Virus record (IMG/VR): IMGVR_UViG_3300011439_000016
Coordinates: 1 to 60,889 of that record
Strand: one strand, 5' to 3'
Source of the DNA: a virus
Lineage: Duplodnaviria > Caudoviricetes
DNA: 60,889 nt
Part shown: piece by piece, positions 55,121 to 60,889 of the stretch
How the letters are laid out: each line of letters begins with the position of its first letter
Numbering within the stretch: the first letter of the stretch is position 1
The notes under the pieces: model-generated
Seen by the model: the letters and a program-made list of their open reading frames with translations, nothing else
Databases searched by the model: none
What the model was told of the DNA's origin: nothing
Program-made: the position numbers and the translations under genes

Positions 55121-55761
55121 AGAAGAACGAATTCAACGCCTACTGGGGCAAATTGATTGGTCAGGCCAAAGTCGGCCTGATTGGTTCTTCCGACGCCCAG
55201 TTGCGAGTCCAACTGTACGACGTGCTGCATGAATTCTTCGACCAGTCGTGCTGCTGGACCGAGAGCATCAAGTTCACCGCCATCCCGGAAACGCTCGACT
55301 ATCCGCTACAGGTGACCCAGGGGCGCATCCTGCGGCTCGAGGCGGTGCTCAACCAGCACAATCTGCCTGAAGCGGCGCTGATGCCGGACATCGGCACGGT
55401 GCATTTCCTCTATCCGTTCTCTCAGATCCAGCCGATGACGGCGATCGTCGTCAAGACGGTCACCGATCCGATGAATTGCTATCCGCCCAACATCCCGGAC
55501 TGGATCCTGCCGAAGCACTCCCAGGTGCTGCTTCACGGCCTTCTTGGCCACATGATGATGATCCCGGCGCAGAGCTACACCAACCCGCAGCTGGCGCAGT
55601 TCTACATGGGGAAATTCAACGACGGCACCACCGGAGCGTACGTGGCGTCCCTGAAGGCCAACACCATCGGCACGCAGAGCTGGATGTTTCCGCAGAGCCA
55701 CCGGACCTCCACCCAGCGCGGCGGCATCAGCACCTACAACGTCCACCCATCACCGAGATAG
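55117..55761 (+). CDS. Putative neck/tail tubular protein
   Basis: Position; EFFDQS..W, P..YTNPQLA.FY. Confidence 0.55.
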   Translation: MKKNEFNAYWGKLIGQAKVGLIGSSDAQLRVQLYDVLHEFFDQSCCWTESIKFTAIPETLDYPLQVTQGRILRLEAVLNQHNLPEAALMPDIGTVHFLYPFSQIQPMTAIVVKTVTDPMNCYPPNIPDWILPKHSQVLLHGLLGHMMMIPAQSYTNPQLAQFYMGKFNDGTTGAYVASLKANTIGTQSWMFPQSHRTSTQRGGISTYNVHPSPR

Positions 55762-55764
55762 CCG

Positions 55765-56166
55765 ATGAGCAATTGGGCCAACCATAGCCAGACGGCGTCA
55801 CGGCAGGATCTCAAGATCAGCAACAACGTGACCTGGCAGGATGCCTTCCAGTTTACTCCAGACGCCACCGACTGGACGCTGGAGGGCCAGATGTTCGAAC
55901 TCGACGTGCAGCGTAACCCCTACGACGCTTCGCCGCTGCTGTCGCTGTCCTCTGCCGAAAACGAAATCATCATCGCCGACGTGATCAAGCGGGTCGTCTA
56001 CATGAACGTGGACGCGCAGGCGATCCAAGAGAGTCTTTCACCAGGCATCTACGTCTACGACCTCGTCATGATCGCCGGCAACGACCCGGCGCCTCCCGCA
56101 GTTCGCGTGGCGTTGATGTACGGCACTCTGGAGGTCGTGCAGGGCGTCACCTATCCGCCAGTTTAA
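55765..56166 (+). CDS. Virion structural protein (Ig-like/baseplate-upper-like)
   Basis: LSPGIYVYDLVM...GTLEVVQGVT. Confidence 0.6.
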   Translation: MSNWANHSQTASRQDLKISNNVTWQDAFQFTPDATDWTLEGQMFELDVQRNPYDASPLLSLSSAENEIIIADVIKRVVYMNVDAQAIQESLSPGIYVYDLVMIAGNDPAPPAVRVALMYGTLEVVQGVTYPPV

Positions 56167-56178
56167 AGGGTCGCCCCG

Positions 56179-57186
56179 ATGCCCGTCGTCGACAACGAAC
56201 CTGCACCCATAGCGGCAAGGCCGGTCGTTGTCGTTCGCGAAGGCGTGGTGATCGAGGGACATACCGGTCCCACCGGGCCGGCGGTGCCGGGTGCCACCGG
56301 GCCGACCGGCGTGACGGGTTCGCCGGGAGCGGGACCGACGGGTCCGACCGGAGCCGGCGCGTTCACGGGGCCGACCGGGATCCGCGGTTTGACGGGTCCG
56401 CCGGGATCGGCGGGTCCGACTGGCGATAACTCGACGGTGACCGGACCGACCGGACCGCCTGGCACCGGACCGACTGGGCCGACCGGCGTGCCGGGGCTAG
56501 CCACCAACACCGGCGCCACCGGACCATCCGGTCCGGCCGGCGGGCCGACCGGCAGCAGCGGGCCGACCGGCAGCAGCGGGCCGACCGGTGCAACCGGCAA
56601 CACCGGACCGCTGGGCACTGGGCCAACCGGTAATACCGGACCGACCGGCAACACCGGACCGACCGGACCGCTGGGCACGGGACCGACTGGAATCACAGGC
56701 TCGACCGGCATCACCGGGCCAAGCGGGCCGACCGGCGCTGTCGGCGTACCGGGTTTTGCCACCAACACCGGCGCCACCGGACCAACCGGTCAGCAAGGCG
56801 TCGATGGATTCTTCGGCGGCACCGGACCGACCGGACCGACCGGATCGGTTGGTCTGCAGGGCATACCGGGGTTCGCGGCCAATACCGGCGCGACCGGGCC
56901 GACTGGTCAGCAGGGTCAAGGCGGTGACATCGGACCGCTGGGCGATCAGGGACCGATCGGTCCGATCGGACCAATCGGTCCGACCGGTTCGTTGGGACCG
57001 ACCGGCAGCACCGGACCGACTGGCATGACCGGATCGACCGGGCCAACCGGCATGACCGGGACACCCGGCACCGCGGTCAACACCGGCGCGACCGGACCCG
57101 AAGGTCACTGGGTGCAGCTGACGCAGGCTGCTTACGATGCTCTAAGCCCGCCGAACCCGAGCATCCTTTACATCGTGGTGGGGTGA
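56179..57186 (+). CDS. Collagen-like (Gly-Pro-Thr) fibre protein
   Basis: Extensive GPT/GxT triplets; C-terminal [10 protein letters not shown]....LYIV motif. Confidence 0.9.
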   Translation: MPVVDNEPAPIAARPVVVVREGVVIEGHTGPTGPAVPGATGPTGVTGSPGAGPTGPTGAGAFTGPTGIRGLTGPPGSAGPTGDNSTVTGPTGPPGTGPTGPTGVPGLATNTGATGPSGPAGGPTGSSGPTGSSGPTGATGNTGPLGTGPTGNTGPTGNTGPTGPLGTGPTGITGSTGITGPSGPTGAVGVPGFATNTGATGPTGQQGVDGFFGGTGPTGPTGSVGLQGIPGFAANTGATGPTGQQGQGGDIGPLGDQGPIGPIGPIGPTGSLGPTGSTGPTGMTGSTGPTGMTGTPGTAVNTGATGPEGHWVQLTQAAYDALSPPNPSILYIVVG

Positions 57187-57386
57187 TGCTGCTCAACGAA
57201 GCGGACGCGATTTATCTGGGCAGTGCCGCAGCCGACAAAGCCTACCTCGGTGAGGTGCTGGTGTGGCCGATGCCGGTCATGGTTCTGCAGCTCTCTAAAA
57301 ATTACGTTTATGGCAACGCCAGGCTTGTTGGGTTGTTCTCAACGACGGGCGGCCTAGCGCCATACACCTACACGTTGGAGGAGTGA
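57183..57386 (+). CDS. Small fibre-associated protein
   Basis: AIYLG....[10 protein letters not shown]. Confidence 0.65.
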   Translation: MMLLNEADAIYLGSAAADKAYLGEVLVWPMPVMVLQLSKNYVYGNARLVGLFSTTGGLAPYTYTLEE

Positions 57387-57387
57387 G

Positions 57388-58377
57388 ATGGGCGTGTTGT
57401 TTCAGGCCGCCGAGTTGGAAGATTGGGCCGTCAATTACGGTTGCGTGAACAACACGGGCGCATACTTCAATCCTGCAAATGCCAGGGCGAACGTGTTTGC
57501 TTCGCTTGGATCTGATTTTACCTATGGGGTTCAAAGCTTTCCGTTTTCAGCCAATGAATTCTGGTCTTCGTTTGTAATTCATGCTTCCGCAACCGGTAGC
57601 ACTCCATCGAAATTTTTTACGTTGGAGGCCGGTGGAATTAAAAGAATCGCTATTTCTCAGTCTGCAGCCGCTTCAACAATGCTGCGTGCTTTTCAGTGGA
57701 ATGGTTCGGCGTGGGACACCACCGTCACAGCCGGACTTAATTCCATGGCGCAGGCTGCCGTGCGCACCAAATACGACGTGTTTGTAAAACTTGGGAATCC
57801 TGGGATTCTTCGCGTCTATAAAGATGGGCTTCCGGTTATAGCGGTAACCCCGGATTATTCTTTTGGTGGGTTGGCAAATTTAGACACCATGGGCCTGTGG
57901 GGTTCATCGGCGGCTGGCGGCACCACCACATATTTTTCGGAAGCTATCGTTGCAACTTGGAACACGATCGGGGCCAAGCTGGTGACCCGCGTTCCAGACG
58001 CCAACGGAAATTACACTGCGTGGACCGGGGGTGGGTTTGGCGCGGTCGATGAAGTCATCCTCGGCACGGATTTTCTTACGAGCGCAGCTGCGGACCAAAG
58101 AGTTTCATTTTCTTTGACGGATTTCCCAGCACTCGTTGCTGGTGAAGTGATCAACACCGTCGGCATTAATTCGTTTGCTTCCCGTGACGGCGGCGGGCCG
58201 TCGCAAATGAATCATTTTACCCGGATTGGTTCGACCGACTACGACGCAGCCAACAAAACCCTTTCTGTCGCGCAGGCTGCCGTCCGTACAAATTTTGATG
58301 TTTCTCCAGCCACTGGGATCGCTTGGACTATTGCGGAACTCAATGCGGCTCAATTCGGGATGAGGTCGCGTACCTGA
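57388..58377 (+). CDS. Putative tail/receptor-binding protein
   Basis: beta-rich, lower GC; PATGIAWT..ELNAAQFG ending. Confidence 0.65.
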   Translation: MGVLFQAAELEDWAVNYGCVNNTGAYFNPANARANVFASLGSDFTYGVQSFPFSANEFWSSFVIHASATGSTPSKFFTLEAGGIKRIAISQSAAASTMLRAFQWNGSAWDTTVTAGLNSMAQAAVRTKYDVFVKLGNPGILRVYKDGLPVIAVTPDYSFGGLANLDTMGLWGSSAAGGTTTYFSEAIVATWNTIGAKLVTRVPDANGNYTAWTGGGFGAVDEVILGTDFLTSAAADQRVSFSLTDFPALVAGEVINTVGINSFASRDGGGPSQMNHFTRIGSTDYDAANKTLSVAQAAVRTNFDVSPATGIAWTIAELNAAQFGMRSRT

Positions 58378-60416
58378 TGGCCATCCTCGACACCTACAGT
58401 AACGTCACTGCAGCATGGTCGATGGATCGTGTGTTGGTTGGCGCTTACGGTGGCGCCAAGTACAACGTGGCGACCGGTGTCTCATCCTTAAACGACCAGA
58501 CTGGAAATGCCAGGCATTTGGCGCAGGCCACGGCTGCAGCGCAGCCGGTGGTCAGCACTGGCGGCTTGCAGAGCAGGGCTTGCGCCAATTTCGATGGCAC
58601 CGATGACATTTTGATCGGGCCGGCGTTTTCCAATTTTATCACGGTGAGCACCGGGTATTTTGTTTTTGCTGCCCTTCCAATCGCCGTGACAACAAACAGC
58701 GGCAACGCGCACTTCAACGATGCGGTTTTCGGAGATTCGTCACAAGCGTGCGGGCTTTATTTTAGATCCGAGCCGGCAGCCGGCGCGTTCTTGTTGTCGA
58801 GTTCGAACCGCGTCACTCCAGAAATTATGCCGATAGTGAACGGTCCGCTTTACGTTCTTGAATGGAAGCACGAATCCGGCGTGCTTGGGTTCCGGGCCAA
58901 CGGTGAAACTTGGTTGAATGTTGCTGCCCCTAATATGAATACTGTAGCGGGGCTTATTCGGATTGCTGCTACGTTTTCAGGCGCTGCCGTCTTTACACAG
59001 CTGTCCTTGTTTGAAGGCGTGGCCTTCAACGTCATCCCGTCAGTCGCGCAGCAGAATGCGCTCGTTGCGGACATGCTGGCGCATTATTCCGCGCCAAAAA
59101 CCTATGCAAACAAACTCCTCGCTTCGGCGGTGTACCAGCAAACCAACGCCATCATCGATTTTGTGTCCGTCAACAAGGCGATTGTTTCTGCGGTGTATCA
59201 AAGTCAGTCGTTCTACCTTGACGATGAAGTTTTGCGTGCCGGTGTTCCGGTCGTCGGTCTTGCTCCCGGCATTCAGCCGTTGCTTATCCGCACCACCGAT
59301 GCGGAAAACATTTTCATCGAAGAAGCAGTAAATATTTACGTTCTTGAGGCGGGCGCACCGGCTTTGTATTCGCAGAAAGCTTTTCCGACCTCTTCAACGA
59401 CGGCGGATCTGGCTGTCACGACCACCGGCACCACGGGCACGATCTATTGGGTGGTGACACCAAGTAAGATCCAACCGACCGGGGCGCAGATCGTTGCAGG
59501 CCAGGATGAAACCTCTGCAGCGGCTGTAGCCTCGGGGTCTATTGCTGTTGGGTCGTCGGGTGAAAAGACCGCCGTCGCGTCCGGGTTGCCCGGTGGTACT
59601 TGCTGGGTACATTTTTATCAGGTCGCCGGCGACAGCAAAGTTTCCAATGTTGCAACTTGTCTTCGGACGGACGTTGTGGCGCCGGTCGTTCCTATTCTTG
59701 ATGAATACGGAGCCAACATCACGTCAGCCTGGTCGTTGTCGAGAGATCTTGTCAGTGGCTTTGGTGGCTCAAAATACGTCGATATTGCCGGCGAGATCAC
59801 AACGATTACGAACCAAAAAGCTGTTGCTGCCAGAAATTTTACTGACGCCGCGGCGGCAACGCGCCGCCCTGCTTTGGCAACCGCCAGTCCGAACAGTCGC
59901 GCGTGTGCTGATTTTGGCGGGGCTGGTTCCGGTGACGGTCTGGTGACCACGTCGATCGCAAGCAATCACGTCACTGCGAGTTCCGGGTTTATGGCCGTGT
60001 CGGTCATCATCGATGCGTTCACGCTTAACCCCGTTAACTGTTTTGATTCCGATTGCATCCTGGGGGACGCTTTAAAATATCTGGGGCTGTTCGGCACAAC
60101 GAACGGCGGCGGGACGATCTTTGGATACAACTGGGATTCGAACAAAGACGAAAGCTTTGGTTATTTAGCACCGGCAACGCCAGCTGTTCTTCATTGGCGG
60201 CACCACAACGGTCTTGTTTACCTTGGCATTAACGGGGCTGAGAGGTCGGCTCCGAGCGGAAACACCTTTAACCTCAATGGTGCTTTAAATCTTGGTTCGA
60301 TCGGTGGTTCTGCGCAAAATTCAAATATGAAATTCTTTGAGGGCTTCACGTCGTCCGACGGCTCTCACCCTTACGACAATGCTATTTCAGCTATGATGAC
60401 TCATATCGGGGCATGA
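58377..60416 (+). CDS. Tail fibre/receptor-binding protein with duplicated lectin/LamG-like domains
   Basis: ILDxY..xT.AWS..R.LV..xGGxKY and SRACAxF repeated at N- and C-terminal halves. Confidence 0.65.
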   Translation: MAILDTYSNVTAAWSMDRVLVGAYGGAKYNVATGVSSLNDQTGNARHLAQATAAAQPVVSTGGLQSRACANFDGTDDILIGPAFSNFITVSTGYFVFAALPIAVTTNSGNAHFNDAVFGDSSQACGLYFRSEPAAGAFLLSSSNRVTPEIMPIVNGPLYVLEWKHESGVLGFRANGETWLNVAAPNMNTVAGLIRIAATFSGAAVFTQLSLFEGVAFNVIPSVAQQNALVADMLAHYSAPKTYANKLLASAVYQQTNAIIDFVSVNKAIVSAVYQSQSFYLDDEVLRAGVPVVGLAPGIQPLLIRTTDAENIFIEEAVNIYVLEAGAPALYSQKAFPTSSTTADLAVTTTGTTGTIYWVVTPSKIQPTGAQIVAGQDETSAAAVASGSIAVGSSGEKTAVASGLPGGTCWVHFYQVAGDSKVSNVATCLRTDVVAPVVPILDEYGANITSAWSLSRDLVSGFGGSKYVDIAGEITTITNQKAVAARNFTDAAAATRRPALATASPNSRACADFGGAGSGDGLVTTSIASNHVTASSGFMAVSVIIDAFTLNPVNCFDSDCILGDALKYLGLFGTTNGGGTIFGYNWDSNKDESFGYLAPATPAVLHWRHHNGLVYLGINGAERSAPSGNTFNLNGALNLGSIGGSAQNSNMKFFEGFTSSDGSHPYDNAISAMMTHIGA

Positions 60417-60889
60417 CGGGCATGGCATTGAACATCCCAGCTCCGATCATGGCCCAACCGGTGGTGGTTGTCGGCGGACCGACCGGTCCGTCCGGCGGAC
60501 CGACCGGACCGACTGGTCCGATCGCGGAGGCGAGTGTTGGACCGCAAGGAATACCCGGTCCGACTGGACCAATCGGCACCGGACCGACCGGGCCGCAAGG
60601 GCACACCGGCACCGACGGGCCGAAAGGTTTGACGGGACCGCCGGGATCGTTCGGGCCTGTCGGATCTACCGGTCCGACCGGTTCGGAGGGGCCGCCCGGT
60701 GTGACGTCCATGGCGTTCAAGACCGCCATTGTTGGCGGTCCTTATGGACCGGTCGGTACGGCGGTAACCCTGATCGGCCTTAACCTGTCGCACATTGTCG
60801 TCGGTGCCGACGCGCAGCTCGCGATCGAGATCTCCGGCATGGTGCGCACTTCGGTCCCCGGAGGTGGCGGCGGTGGCGTCAATCTTTCC
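60413..60889 (+). CDS. Second collagen-like (GPT) fibre protein, 3' truncated by window
   Basis: Read manually: M...[28 protein letters not shown]...; no stop before window end. Confidence 0.85.
   Translation, partial: MTGMALNIPAPIMAQPVVVVGGPTGPSGGPTGPTGPIAEASVGPQGIPGPTGPIGTGPTGPQGHTGTDGPKGLTGPPGSFGPVGSTGPTGSEGPPGVTSMAFKTAIVGGPYGPVGTAVTLIGLNLSHIVVGADAQLAIEISGMVRTSVPGGGGGGVNLS

Noticed and set aside
1-60889. Genome-wide stop-codon recoding suggested by in-frame stops at 45 and 27560
   Set aside because: The two stops differ (TAG and TAA), all three stops are used normally at gene ends, core genes are intact under the standard code, and no suppressor tRNA was seen

Overview
The window is most of a high-GC, tailed dsDNA phage genome (podovirus-like: no tape measure or sheath genes, three giant internal-virion proteins). 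It is cut inside the tail genes at both ends. Layout: tail-associated paralogs and ejection/internal proteins (+, 1-15.4 kb); replication module (-, 15.4-25.4 kb: primase-helicase, SSB-like, SNF2 helicase, VRR-NUC, Cas4-like exonuclease, PolA); about 35 small early genes (-, 25.4-37.3 kb); an AT-rich non-coding origin/terminus-like region (37.4-38.3 kb); an OmpR/CtrA-type wHTH regulator; a terminase operon (-) carrying two anti-defence sponge homologs; then portal, glycosyltransferases, lysis genes, scaffold, major capsid, neck and collagen-like fibres (+). No integrase or repressor was recognised. The most notable signals point to an alphaproteobacterial cell-cycle hijack: TTAA-N7-TTAA (CtrA-type) boxes at four late-gene junctions, one exactly centred between the divergent terS and portal ATGs; a receiver-less CtrA-like DNA-binding protein; and two FtsZ C-terminal-peptide mimics. 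There are also candidate small RNAs complementary to a shared early-gene RBS motif, three cyclic-nucleotide sponge homologs, and a possible virion glycosylation system. All family assignments are from motif recognition by eye, not database searches.
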